DNA of 64,000 bases from an uncultured Pseudobdellovibrionaceae bacterium (GCA_964453895.1 CAYVRZ010000022.1:3776-67775), one strand, 5' to 3'. Positions 8,077-17,126 are shown, numbered from the stretch's first letter. Notes: generated from the sequence alone by a model not told the origin. Made by a program: numbers and translations.

Positions 8077-9180
8077 CTAAGACATCGGCACTGCATCGGG
8101 CGCCGTCTCGCGTGGCGCTTCATTCAGCAACATCCGACAGTAGCCAGAAACTCGGCGAATAATATCGGGCCTCTCGCGCCGGCCGTCGCGATAGGGGCCG
8201 AAGCTGCGGGCGATTCCGCGCGCGGTGCCCTGGCCGCCGCGACCGACGGTTCGGTCTTGCGCCATATACGAGATAATCATGTGTGTTCCGCAGCGGAGAT
8301 TTTGACCCATATTAAATTCGTTTGTGAGTTGGCTGCAGCTACAGCCTTTGCTTTGATCGCTGGCCACTGTGAGTTGCAGCAAACCTTTTGATGTACCGCC
8401 GTCGCCCGCAGTGTCGTTGCGCCATGAGGATTCGGTGCGAACGGTGGCGGCGACCAACGCGGTCAAGACGCGATTGCGTGTGTCTTCATTGACCTTCAAG
8501 CGATCCCAGCCCGGGCAAAATTCTTCCATGCCTTCGAGGTTTCCCGAAGCCAAACTGTCGGCTTGCGGTCCGGTGCAAGAATCGCGAATCGTGTCCGAGA
8601 TCACTTGGCAGGGTGAGCGTCCGCCCAACTCATCTTTGGGTGTGGTTTGAAAAAGTCCAGCTTGGTAGCAAAGCCCATCGTGACCACTGTTGACTGGAGT
8701 GCCGCTAAAATTTCCGCTGCCATTGTTGCCGCTTCCGTAGTTGCCGCCGTTATAATTTCCGCCATTCGAGTTGTTAGAACCTGGCCCACCGCCGCCGCCC
8801 AACGCTTTCAGTAAACTCGCAATCGGGCTCGCTCCAGCTCCCGCCGCCGAAGCCGGCTTAGGAGTTTGATTCTGCAGCTGCTGACCATAGGGCAAAATAT
8901 TAAACGCCGTGGCTGGCTTGCCGTTAAAGCCCGGAATCCCCCGATTGTAAAAGGCGAGGTAGGCTGGGATTCCAAATTGAGTGTTCACGCCCAGCTGGCC
9001 GTTCAGCGGATAGCCGCCCGCCGGGTTCGGAGGGCTTATAAAAGCCGGCGGGACCAACGGCGAGACCTGATTTTTGGGCATGTACAAACCCGCCGCATGG
9101 GCCAATCCGGGAACAGCCAATAATATAAGCAGAATCCGCATCCCCATCCAAACTGCAATCCCGACACCTAAAAAGACCAT
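8077..9180 (-). CDS. Secreted lytic transglycosylase (SLT-domain) protein with a Gly/Asn-rich linker
   Basis: Signal-like MRILLILLAVPGLAHAAG. Low-complexity GGGGPGSNNSNGGNYNGGNYGSGNNGSGN. The C-terminal TESSWRNDT...SKGLLQLT resembles the E-S...GLMQ catalytic block of SLT enzymes. The exact start is uncertain. Confidence 0.65.
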   Translation of the reverse strand: MVFLGVGIAVWMGMRILLILLAVPGLAHAAGLYMPKNQVSPLVPPAFISPPNPAGGYPLNGQLGVNTQFGIPAYLAFYNRGIPGFNGKPATAFNILPYGQQLQNQTPKPASAAGAGASPIASLLKALGGGGGPGSNNSNGGNYNGGNYGSGNNGSGNFSGTPVNSGHDGLCYQAGLFQTTPKDELGGRSPCQVISDTIRDSCTGPQADSLASGNLEGMEEFCPGWDRLKVNEDTRNRVLTALVAATVRTESSWRNDTAGDGGTSKGLLQLTVASDQSKGCSCSQLTNEFNMGQNLRCGTHMIISYMAQDRTVGRGGQGTARGIARSFGPYRDGRRERPDIIRRVSGYCRMLLNEAPRETAPDAVPMS

Positions 9181-9307
9181 TTCTTAAGCGATATAGGGTA
9201 TTTAGGCGCCTAAAAGGCACAAGTTATCGACACCTGTATCTCAACGTTTACGCCTCAAAAGACCACAAAACTGGACTATTAGACCGGCCCCTAAATGATA
9301 GCCTGAT

Positions 9308-9634
9308 ATGGTGAGAAGCTTCCTGATCGGGTTCTTTCGCGGTCTAAATAATCTCTTACAAGCACCCCAAAAAGTGATCTGGATTTGTCTAGGGTTAGTG
9401 GTCCTGAACCTGGTGCTCGACGGCTCGATTTTTCGCCTGGTGGATCTGCACCGGGACAGCGCTCAAATTCAAAAAAACATCGGCAAACTTGAAAAGCAAA
9501 CGGCGGAGCTTAAGGCCCGCTTAAAACGGGCCCGGGATCCCGCGTTCTTAGAGCGCGAGGCTCGGGAACGCTTTGATTTGGTGAGTGAAGGCGACCTCGT
9601 CTTTGTCTTTAGCGAGGAGGGGGAGCCCAATTAG
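9308..9634 (+). CDS. ftsB: Septum formation initiator (FtsB/DivIC family)
   Basis: 108 aa with a single N-terminal TM, a coiled coil (IQKNIGKLEKQTAELKARLKRA) and the family tail DPAFLEREARERFDLVSEGDLVF. Confidence 0.7.
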   Translation: MVRSFLIGFFRGLNNLLQAPQKVIWICLGLVVLNLVLDGSIFRLVDLHRDSAQIQKNIGKLEKQTAELKARLKRARDPAFLEREARERFDLVSEGDLVFVFSEEGEPN

Positions 9635-9652
9635 CGCAAAAGGAGGCTACGA

Positions 9653-9862
9653 GTGAGAACAGGTCGGATCAAATGGTTCAATAACCATCAGAGCTACGGT
9701 TACATAATTCTATCTGATGGGACCGAGGTTTACTTTCATGCGACGGGCGTTAAAAACAACGGCGTCGTAGATCTGCTAAACCCGGGAACCGATGTCTACT
9801 TCGACCTAATCGAAACTAGGGCTGGTATGGAGGCGCAGAACGTCGAACCTGCTGCAGCCTAA
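9653..9862 (+). CDS. Cold-shock domain protein
   Basis: 69 aa with a GTG start after AAGGAGG. GRIKWFNNHQSYGYI and VYFH match RNP1/RNP2-like CSD motifs. Confidence 0.8.
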   Translation: MRTGRIKWFNNHQSYGYIILSDGTEVYFHATGVKNNGVVDLLNPGTDVYFDLIETRAGMEAQNVEPAAA

Positions 9863-9879
9863 ACGCAACAAACGGGGAA

Positions 9880-9941
9880 GTTTCTGCAATGCACTAGGTA
9901 ACTCTAGGCATTCGCAGAAACCTACCCTATATTTCTGCAAT
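9880..9941 (+). promoter_or_regulatory. Three TTTCTGCAAT-type segments able to form alternative hairpins (terminator/attenuator or operator)
   Basis: Segment 1 is GTTTCTGCAATGC (9880-9892). Segment 2 is its inverse, GCATTCGCAGAAAC (9908-9921). Segment 3 is TTTCTGCAAT (9932-9941), just upstream of the GGGAGGGG RBS of the HTH gene. Confidence 0.35.
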
Positions 9942-9960
9942 CCCTGCTAGGGAGGGGACC

Positions 9961-10242
9961 TTGAATCTAAGCAAACAAGATATTCGCACCTTAAGACAAA
10001 GATTGGGATGGACGATGGCCGAAATGGCCCGCCGAATGGGGTGCACCTCGGTCCTAATTCAAGCCTGGGAAAACGGCTCCATGCAACCCGACCCAGATGC
10101 CATGAACCAGCTTCACTATCTGCAATTTCACGTGGAAAAAAAGAGCAATCAAGTCGCGCAATCGCCCATGGCCGAAAAAGAAATGGAATCGCGCGGAGTC
10201 GCTCAGCTCACGCATCGTGACCTTTTAAAAGACATCCAGTAA
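9961..10242 (+). CDS. XRE-type helix-turn-helix protein
   Basis: TTG start after GGGAGGGG. IRTLRQRLGWTMAEMARRMGCTSVLIQAWENG is a typical HTH_3 pattern. Confidence 0.6.
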   Translation: MNLSKQDIRTLRQRLGWTMAEMARRMGCTSVLIQAWENGSMQPDPDAMNQLHYLQFHVEKKSNQVAQSPMAEKEMESRGVAQLTHRDLLKDIQ

Positions 10243-10256
10243 AACCGTTTTCACAT

Positions 10257-12860
10257 ATGAAGAACTTGTACCTTGTTGACGCAAGCAACATGTTCTTTCG
10301 CGCTTTTTTCGCCATCCCGCCGATGACAAGCTCGAAAGGCATGCCCACCAACGCGCTCTACGGATTTTTGTCGATGACATTGAAGTTGTTGCGCGAAGTG
10401 AAGCCCGATTATTTAGTATATTGCTTCGATTTGCCCGACCCTGGCTTTCGCGCCGAATTGTACACCGAATACAAAGCCAATCGCGATGAGATGCCGGGTG
10501 ATCTTTCGCCGCAGGTTCCGTATTTAATAAAGCTCACTGAGCTATTGGGCATCACGCATGTTGAGCAAGCCGGTTTCGAGGCCGATGACGTGATCGGCAC
10601 CTTGGCTTTGATGGCGTCGAAGCAAAAGGTTCAGTCGGTGATCGTAAGCGGCGATAAAGATTTTGCCCAGCTGGTGCGGCCAGGAATCTCTCTTTACGAC
10701 ACGATGAAGAACGTGCGCACCGATGTCGACGGCGTTAAGGCGAAGTTCGGTATTCGACCCGATCAGATGATCGACTATTTGGCGATGGTCGGCGATTCGT
10801 CCGACAATGTGCCGGGCGTGCGCGGGATTGGGCCCAAGGGCGCCTGTAAACTTCTCGCCGATTTTGAGACTTTAGAAGGCGTTTATAAAAATATCGAAGA
10901 GATCAAAGGCGCGACTCAAGTAAAGTTGAAAGAGTCGAAGGACATGGCCTTTCTCTCGCAGAAATTAGTGACGATCGTTACAGATATGAAATTAAAAGTT
11001 GAGCTGGATGATCTGAAGTTGAAGCCGCTCGACCGCGAACCGCTTCGCGCCTTGCTGCAGGAGCTGAGCTTTAAAAGTTTCGAGAAGCAATTGTTTCCGG
11101 ACGGCGGCGCGGCGGCTCCGACCGCAGACGCCACTCCTGCCCCGATCAATTCTCGAGACGCTTCAAAATCCGAGCCTGCCGGCGCGCCCAGCAGCGCACC
11201 CACCCGGCCCGTGAAAAAAAGCAGCGGCAAAAAATCCAACGCCGATTGGGCCGAAGAAGAACTCACGCTCGAACAATTGCAAAAGCGCATCGCGCCTTAC
11301 TCTGAAATTTGGGCCTTGCTGAGCGAGCGCGGACTATACCTCGGCTATGATGGTAAAGTTTTGCGCGTGCCGGCCGATGAAAAAGCCATCGGTCAGGCGC
11401 TGGCGCAAAAGCATTTGAAGTGGAAGGGTTTTGACGTCAAGCAGGTGTTAAAAGCGTTGCATCTTCCGACTCCGGTTGTTGAGTGGGACGGGATGCTTGC
11501 GGCCTATGTTGTGCGGGCCGAGCAGACTGGGACGTTTGAAGACGTGTACGAGGAGCATTGCGGAAAAAAACTTCCCGATCTAGCGGCTCCGTCAGATTAT
11601 ATGCGGGCCCATTTAGAACTTGAAGAATGCCTCGAGGCAAAACTCAAAGAAAAAGTGGGCGAGAAAATTTATCGGGAGTTCGAGCTGCCGTTGGTGCCCA
11701 TTTTAGCGAGCATGGAAGAGCGCGGAGTGAAAATCGACTTTACGGAGCTTAAAGAACAGAGCGTGACGCTGACCAAAGACATTCAGCGGCTCGAAAAAGA
11801 CATTCACAAAGAAGCGGGCACCGAGTTTAACGTGGGGAGTCCCAAGCAACTCGCGCAAATTTTATTTGAACGTTTGAAGCTGCCGCCGTCAAAAAAAACC
11901 AAGACCGGATTTTCAACCGATAGTGATGTGCTTGAGGGTTTGGTGACCCAACACAAAATTGCGGCGTTGGTTTTAGAATTTCGCGAGTTGTCTAAGCTCA
12001 AGGGCACATACGTCGATGCCATTCCGGCTCTGGCCGATGCCGAGGGCCGAGTTCATTCGCAATTGAATCAAGCCGCAACCTCCACCGGCCGACTCTCGAG
12101 CACCAATCCCAATTTGCAGAACCTGCCGATCCGCACTGAGCGGGGACGACTAGTACGTAAAGCCTTTATTGCCGATGAAGGATCGTGTTTGATCTCGGCG
12201 GACTATTCGCAAATTGAATTGCGAGTGCTGGCCCATATCACAGGTGACAAGGGCCTAACGCGTGCGTTTATCGACGATCTCGATATTCACACGGCGACGG
12301 CGTCCGAAGTTTTTAGTGTTGAGCTGAAAGATGTGACCAAAGATCAGCGCCGTATTGCCAAGGCCGTGAATTTTGGCTTGGCCTACGGTCAAGGCGCCAA
12401 CGGATTATCTGAGACTTTGGGAATTTCGCGCAAAGAGGCTTCAGAAATTATCGCGCGTTACTTTAAGCGCTTTTCGGGCGTGAAGGAGTATATGGAGGCC
12501 GTTGTTCGCGAAGGCATTGAGAAAGGTTACGTCGAAACTCTTTTTGGGCGCCGCCGTTACATTGACGAGTTAAAATCGCAGAATCAAATGATCCGCCGGG
12601 CGGGCGAGCGAGCGGCGGTGAATGCGCCCATTCAAGGTACGGCCTCAGATCTGGTCAAGCTCGCAATGATCAGCGTGTACAACAGCTTGCCGATACCGCT
12701 CCTGATGCAGGTGCACGATGAATTGTTGTTCGAGTGCCCGATCGACGAAGCCGATGAATATTGCGCCGACATAAAGGCGGCGATGGAGTCGGTGTATAAA
12801 CTAAAAGTTCCGTTGAAGGTGAACGTTGGCAAAGGCCCGAACTGGGACGACGCCCACTAA
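10257..12860 (+). CDS. polA: DNA polymerase I
   Basis: 867 aa with an N-terminal 5'-nuclease domain (EADDVIGT, GDKDFAQL). Pol motifs are A DYSQIELRVLAH, B RRIAKAVNFGLAYG and C QVHDELLFE. Confidence 0.95.
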   Translation: MKNLYLVDASNMFFRAFFAIPPMTSSKGMPTNALYGFLSMTLKLLREVKPDYLVYCFDLPDPGFRAELYTEYKANRDEMPGDLSPQVPYLIKLTELLGITHVEQAGFEADDVIGTLALMASKQKVQSVIVSGDKDFAQLVRPGISLYDTMKNVRTDVDGVKAKFGIRPDQMIDYLAMVGDSSDNVPGVRGIGPKGACKLLADFETLEGVYKNIEEIKGATQVKLKESKDMAFLSQKLVTIVTDMKLKVELDDLKLKPLDREPLRALLQELSFKSFEKQLFPDGGAAAPTADATPAPINSRDASKSEPAGAPSSAPTRPVKKSSGKKSNADWAEEELTLEQLQKRIAPYSEIWALLSERGLYLGYDGKVLRVPADEKAIGQALAQKHLKWKGFDVKQVLKALHLPTPVVEWDGMLAAYVVRAEQTGTFEDVYEEHCGKKLPDLAAPSDYMRAHLELEECLEAKLKEKVGEKIYREFELPLVPILASMEERGVKIDFTELKEQSVTLTKDIQRLEKDIHKEAGTEFNVGSPKQLAQILFERLKLPPSKKTKTGFSTDSDVLEGLVTQHKIAALVLEFRELSKLKGTYVDAIPALADAEGRVHSQLNQAATSTGRLSSTNPNLQNLPIRTERGRLVRKAFIADEGSCLISADYSQIELRVLAHITGDKGLTRAFIDDLDIHTATASEVFSVELKDVTKDQRRIAKAVNFGLAYGQGANGLSETLGISRKEASEIIARYFKRFSGVKEYMEAVVREGIEKGYVETLFGRRRYIDELKSQNQMIRRAGERAAVNAPIQGTASDLVKLAMISVYNSLPIPLLMQVHDELLFECPIDEADEYCADIKAAMESVYKLKVPLKVNVGKGPNWDDAH

Positions 12861-12886
12861 AGGTACCTGGTTCTTTTTTCGGAAGC
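12859..12886 (+). repeat. 28-nt stop-codon-associated repeat, copy 1 (after polA)
   Basis: AAAGGTACCTGGTTCTTTTTTCGGAAGC begins inside the polA TAA stop (12858-12860). It is identical to 61968-61995 and to the reverse complement of 13449-13476. Confidence 0.85.
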
Positions 12887-12917
12887 GCCGCGTTTGACGC
12901 AATTGAGGGGTTTAAGA

Positions 12918-13412
12918 ATGAAACTTTTTGCAAAAAAGCCGATTCCACATTCCTTTATTCTCGATGAATTGGACCGCCTAGGCGTGCACACCAAGGCTAT
13001 GTTTGGCTGCACTGCGATCTATCATGCGGACAAGATCTTATTGGTATTACGTGAGCGCGCCAGCAATCTTGAAGACAATGGGATTTGGGTCGCCACCTAT
13101 CAGGAGTTTCACGAGACTCTTAAAAAAGATCTACCGTCCCTACGCTCGATTCGGATTTTTGGCCCGGGAGAGACCGATTGGCAGGTATTGCCGTCGGATT
13201 CTCTGTCATTTGAAGACGAAGCATTTAAAGTTTGCGAAATGATAATGCGAGGCGATCACCGAATTGGTCGCATTCCGAAGGCAAAATTGCCGCGCAAAAA
13301 AAGCGTAGGCGCGAAGAAAGCGCCAACTAAGAGAAAAATTTCCAAGAAGCCGGCAGGGCCAAAAAAGACACGGGCAAGTTCTCAAAAAAAGAAAACTAGA
13401 AAATCAAAGTAA
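12918..13412 (+). CDS. Hypothetical protein, possibly with a TfoX-N-like fold, and a Lys-rich C-terminal tail
   Basis: ATG 12918 follows GAGGGG. MFGCTAIYHADKILLVL resembles the TfoX N-terminal domain. The tail is KKSVGAKKAPTKRKISKKPAGPKKTRASSQKKKTRKSK. Confidence 0.5.
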   Translation: MKLFAKKPIPHSFILDELDRLGVHTKAMFGCTAIYHADKILLVLRERASNLEDNGIWVATYQEFHETLKKDLPSLRSIRIFGPGETDWQVLPSDSLSFEDEAFKVCEMIMRGDHRIGRIPKAKLPRKKSVGAKKAPTKRKISKKPAGPKKTRASSQKKKTRKSK

Positions 13413-13448
13413 GGGACACGGGTCCGGGTTTCGGATTCTGCACGCGCT

Positions 13449-13476
13449 GCTTCCGAAAAAAGAACCAGGTACCTTT
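13449..13476 (-). repeat. 28-nt stop-codon-associated repeat, copy 2 (after the minus-strand lipoprotein gene)
   Basis: The plus strand reads GCTTCCGAAAAAAGAACCAGGTACCTTT. This is the exact reverse complement of copy 1 and overlaps the TAA stop (13476-13478, minus strand). Confidence 0.85.
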
Positions 13477-14114
13477 TAAGGGCGTTCCCAGCCTACGACG
13501 CGGCCGCCTTCGAAGTACACGATGCGCATTTCTTTGTTGTAGCCTTCGTTGCCCGAGACGTAGCGATTGTACTTCCATCGTTCATAGCCATAGATCTGGT
13601 TGCCGGCCACTTCCACCGCGTCGGGGTCGCCCCAGCTTTCCATCACCGCTTTTTGCGACATTCCGAGCGAGATATCGTTCGACTCGATGGCCTTAGCTAC
13701 GTCCTCAGAATAGGTCTCGTCTTTTTGGCTTAAGCCCCGGTTGGCGGCCCAGCGCTCGCGCGCTTCAAATGTGGGAAGCGACAAAAAGTACATGCGTTCG
13801 CGGTCGTTTTTCAGCAGCGAGCGAATTTGATAGTACTGCTTTTTCTCGCGCTTGGTGGCGATCTGCCCCTCCAACCGCTTCAAGCGTATTCGCTGCTCAA
13901 GTCCACCGCGTTCTTCGGGAGACAGTGAGCGGCCCATCAGACCCAATTCCTCACGCGCCTCGGTTTCGACCGTGTGCTTGCGCAGTTCATAGAGGTCGTT
14001 GCTTCGACTGGAGCCCGAAACCTCTTCTTGATAAAAGTAGCCACTGCGGGGATTGCGATCGAACATCGCGCAAGCCGAAAGTCCTATGCTCAACAGTACA
14101 ACGACGTACTTCAT
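13476..14114 (-). CDS. Lipoprotein with a BamE/SmpA-OmlA-like C-terminal domain
   Basis: Lipobox in MKYVVVLLSIGLSAC. C-terminal LGMSQKAVMESWGDPD...RIVYFEGGRVVGWE resembles BamE-type domains. Confidence 0.55.
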   Translation of the reverse strand: MKYVVVLLSIGLSACAMFDRNPRSGYFYQEEVSGSSRSNDLYELRKHTVETEAREELGLMGRSLSPEERGGLEQRIRLKRLEGQIATKREKKQYYQIRSLLKNDRERMYFLSLPTFEARERWAANRGLSQKDETYSEDVAKAIESNDISLGMSQKAVMESWGDPDAVEVAGNQIYGYERWKYNRYVSGNEGYNKEMRIVYFEGGRVVGWERP

Positions 14115-14185
14115 ACGAGTCCTCCATGAAACCTATAAGCCTTTTCGGTTCAAATTGAGAAAAATTGAGTCCATAATATTTAGAC

Positions 14186-15112
14186 ATGAGTGACGCACAA
14201 CCACCCAACCAGACTAAAGGCGACGAAGTCCCCTTAGAGGATATCGATAAGATACTCGCCGCCGAGGACCCCGAGTTCACCAAAAGTTTGGAGGAAGTGC
14301 GCGCGGTCGAAACCGACAAGAGCATCGTGATTGAAGCCTCGGCCATGGATGAGTCCGAAGTCGGCGCCGCAGCCGCGCAAGAAGAACAGTCGGTCGGCTT
14401 TTTAAGACGAAAAATCAACGCGCTGAAACTTTGGATGGCCACGTGGCGATTGCGAATGCGGACTCGATTGATCCAGTTCGCCAAAGACGCGCTGATTTGG
14501 AGCAAAACCAAACCCAAAGAGTACGCGCTATTTACTTTTGTGACGTTGAAGCGTTTAGCAGCGGCCACCATGGTCCCGATCAAGGCTTACGCCAACGCGA
14601 CTAAACCGCAAAAGATTACTTTCATCTTGTTGATCGCCGTAGTCGCGGGGATGGTGTGGGTTTTTGGCGCCAATTTAAAAGGAATTTGGATCCCACATCT
14701 CACCGCGCCCATTCTCGCCGATCTGGGCGCGCACGCCGATTTTGTTGAGACGTTTGATCCCAAAGACGGCGCCGAAAGTTTTTACTCGGCCTTCCCGCAA
14801 GAGGTGCACCAGTATTTGTTCGATAAATTGAAAGTGAATCTTAAGCGCACCGCCAACAACCCGCTCCCCATGGGGGCATTTGAAGTGGTGGTCGAAGTTG
14901 ACTCAAAAGATACGGCCGTGGAGTTGCACGACCGCAAAGTGGAGTTGAAAGACGAACTGCAAAGAATTTTCGAAGAAGAATCTGTGGTCGATCTCGAGCA
15001 AGACCTTGGCAAAAATCGCCTCAAAGGCCGCATTAAAAAAGGCCTAAATGAACGCCTCACCCAGGGGTGGATTAAAGACGTTCATTTCAAGACATTTATT
15101 CTAAAACCGTAA
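14186..15112 (+). CDS. FliL-like membrane protein with an acidic N-terminal extension
   Basis: One TM (ITFILLIAVVAGMVWVF). The C-terminal AFEVVVEVDSKD...LKDELQRIFEE...LKGRIKKGLNERL...VHFKTFILKP follows the FliL family pattern. Confidence 0.5.
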   Translation: MSDAQPPNQTKGDEVPLEDIDKILAAEDPEFTKSLEEVRAVETDKSIVIEASAMDESEVGAAAAQEEQSVGFLRRKINALKLWMATWRLRMRTRLIQFAKDALIWSKTKPKEYALFTFVTLKRLAAATMVPIKAYANATKPQKITFILLIAVVAGMVWVFGANLKGIWIPHLTAPILADLGAHADFVETFDPKDGAESFYSAFPQEVHQYLFDKLKVNLKRTANNPLPMGAFEVVVEVDSKDTAVELHDRKVELKDELQRIFEEESVVDLEQDLGKNRLKGRIKKGLNERLTQGWIKDVHFKTFILKP

Positions 15113-15128
15113 CCTTGCTCACAAACAC

Positions 15129-16418
15129 TCACTCTTGCAGCAGCTCGTCCAGTTTAATGCCATAGTGGCGAATGCGATCGCTGAGCGTGCTTTTGGCCAT
15201 ATTTAGATCGGCGGCGGTCCGCCGTTGATTGCCGCGATTGGCGCGCAGGCGACTCTTAATCATCTCGAGTTCAATTTCCTTAATCACGGAACGAGTCGGG
15301 GTGTATGCGTAGGGCGTGGCCCCCTCGCGCGATTTGCTGAGCGTGTCGATTAAAAACGGCACATGCTCCTCGAGCACTTCACCCTCGCCGTAGAACGCTT
15401 TGGCCCGCGCGATCACATTGCGCAACTCGCGAATGTTGCCCGGCCACGTGTGCACCTTGAGCATGAGAATCGCCGGCTGCGAAAAGCGTACACGCATTCG
15501 TTTAGCGAAGTAGTAAAAGAGATCCTCAAAGTCTTCGGGTCTTTCGCTCAAAGCGGGTGAACGCAGCTGTATCACATGCAATCTGAAATAGAGATCTTCG
15601 CGAAACATTCCGTCGATCACATGGCGTTTAAGATCGCGATGAGTGGCCGCGATCACTCGAACATCGGTGGGCACCGAACGATCACTCCCCACCGGACGGA
15701 TTTGGCTGTTCTCCAGCGCGCGCAGCAATTTCGGCTGCAAAGGGGCGGGTAGATCGCCGATTTCATCCAAAAACAAAGTGCCCCCGCGGGCGGCCTCAAA
15801 AGCCCCTTTGCGATCGCCGGTGGCGCCGGTAAAGCTTCCGCGGATATGACCAAACAATTCGCTCTCCACCAAGGCTTCGCTCAAGGCGCTGCAGTTGACG
15901 CCGACAAACGGCCCGGTCGAGCGATTCGACAGCCGGTGAATATTCTGCGCGAGAATATCTTTACCACTGCCGGAGGGGCCCGAGATCAGAATCGGAAACT
16001 CGCTCTCCGCAATCAGCGGTAAGCGGTCGAGCTGCGATTGCCAGCGGCGATTTTTACTCTCTAATTTCGGCAGCTCATCCTCGCCGCCTTTGATATGTGA
16101 AAATTTATATTCGGCGGCGCCAACGCGGATGCGGTCGCCCTCGCGCAACACCGCCTCCAGCACACGGGCGCCGTTAACATAAGTCCCATTGCGGCTGCGA
16201 AGATCACGCAGCACGAACTTTCCCTCGCGTCTTTCAATGCGGGCGTGGCGGGCCGAAATAAACTCATCATCGGGCGAAATGTGATTGGCGGGATCGCGCC
16301 CGATATGTAGAAATTCCCCGAGTTCCACATGTTGCGTGCGGTGAATGTCCTTCCAGACCAAATAGCCGGTCTCGATCGGCGTTTCGCTAGCGAATAGCGG
16401 ATGATTGCGTGTCGTCAT
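15129..16418 (-). CDS. Sigma-54-dependent transcriptional activator with an N-terminal FHA domain
   Basis: FHA: FLHIGRDPANHI...ARHARIERREGKFVLRDLRSRNGTYVNG. AAA+: GPSGSGKD, ESELFGH, GSFTGA, TLFLDEIGDL. Fis-type HTH: AADLNMAKSTLSDRIRHYGI. Confidence 0.9.
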   Translation of the reverse strand: MTTRNHPLFASETPIETGYLVWKDIHRTQHVELGEFLHIGRDPANHISPDDEFISARHARIERREGKFVLRDLRSRNGTYVNGARVLEAVLREGDRIRVGAAEYKFSHIKGGEDELPKLESKNRRWQSQLDRLPLIAESEFPILISGPSGSGKDILAQNIHRLSNRSTGPFVGVNCSALSEALVESELFGHIRGSFTGATGDRKGAFEAARGGTLFLDEIGDLPAPLQPKLLRALENSQIRPVGSDRSVPTDVRVIAATHRDLKRHVIDGMFREDLYFRLHVIQLRSPALSERPEDFEDLFYYFAKRMRVRFSQPAILMLKVHTWPGNIRELRNVIARAKAFYGEGEVLEEHVPFLIDTLSKSREGATPYAYTPTRSVIKEIELEMIKSRLRANRGNQRRTAADLNMAKSTLSDRIRHYGIKLDELLQE

Positions 16419-16485
16419 AGTTCCTCCTGGGCCATTTGCATATCAAAGCCGGTGCCAGGCTCAGATCGCGAATAGTGCACAAAAA

Positions 16486-16521
16486 CGTCCGGAGACGTCC
16501 GGAATGTCCGGCTTTTCGGAC
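16486..16521. promoter_or_regulatory. Phased GTCCGG repeats in a divergent promoter region
   Basis: CGTCCGGA (16486), CGTCCGGA (16496) and TGTCCGGC (16505) lie 9-10 bp apart. The inverse CGGAC follows at 16517, and CCGGACGGAC occurs at 16536-16545. Confidence 0.3.
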
Positions 16522-16559
16522 TTTGCCCTATTGGGCCGGACGGACTATAGTGCCGCCAT

Positions 16560-17126
16560 ATGAAGGTCAAATTTCTCAAAAGCAGCGGCGCCGTTGCCGA
16601 CTATCCCTTTCCCTATAAGCCCGAGGTGGCCATTGTCGGCCGCAGCAACGCGGGCAAGTCTTCGTTTATCAACGCGCTTTGCGGGCAGAAAATCGCCAAA
16701 GTCAGCGCCACACCGGGCAAGACTCGCCTGCTGAATTTTTTCGAAATCGACGAGCGGCTGTATTTGGTCGATATGCCCGGCTATGGCTACGCCACGGGCG
16801 ATCGCGATGAAGTCAAAAATTGGAAGCATATGATCGAGCATTATTTTAAAAACCGCGAAACCTTAAGGGGCGTGCTGATCATTATGGACATTCGGCGCGA
16901 CTGGGGCGACGAAGAAGAGATGATGAAGGACTGGCTGACTCACCACGAGATCGAATGGGGTGTGATTCTCAACAAAGCCGACAAACTTTCCAATCAACAA
17001 GTTCTCAAGCGGAGGCACGAGATCGCAAAAGAAATAGGCGAAACTCCGACTTATGTTTTAAGCTCGCTAAAGAAGCAAAATCTCGACGAAGTTAAAAACT
17101 TGATTCTTAAGGAGTGGCCCAAGTGA
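16560..17126 (+). CDS. engB: Ribosome-biogenesis GTPase YihA/EngB
   Basis: G1 GRSNAGKSSFINAL, G3 DMPGYG and G4 NKADK. Confidence 0.9.
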   Translation: MKVKFLKSSGAVADYPFPYKPEVAIVGRSNAGKSSFINALCGQKIAKVSATPGKTRLLNFFEIDERLYLVDMPGYGYATGDRDEVKNWKHMIEHYFKNRETLRGVLIIMDIRRDWGDEEEMMKDWLTHHEIEWGVILNKADKLSNQQVLKRRHEIAKEIGETPTYVLSSLKKQNLDEVKNLILKEWPK

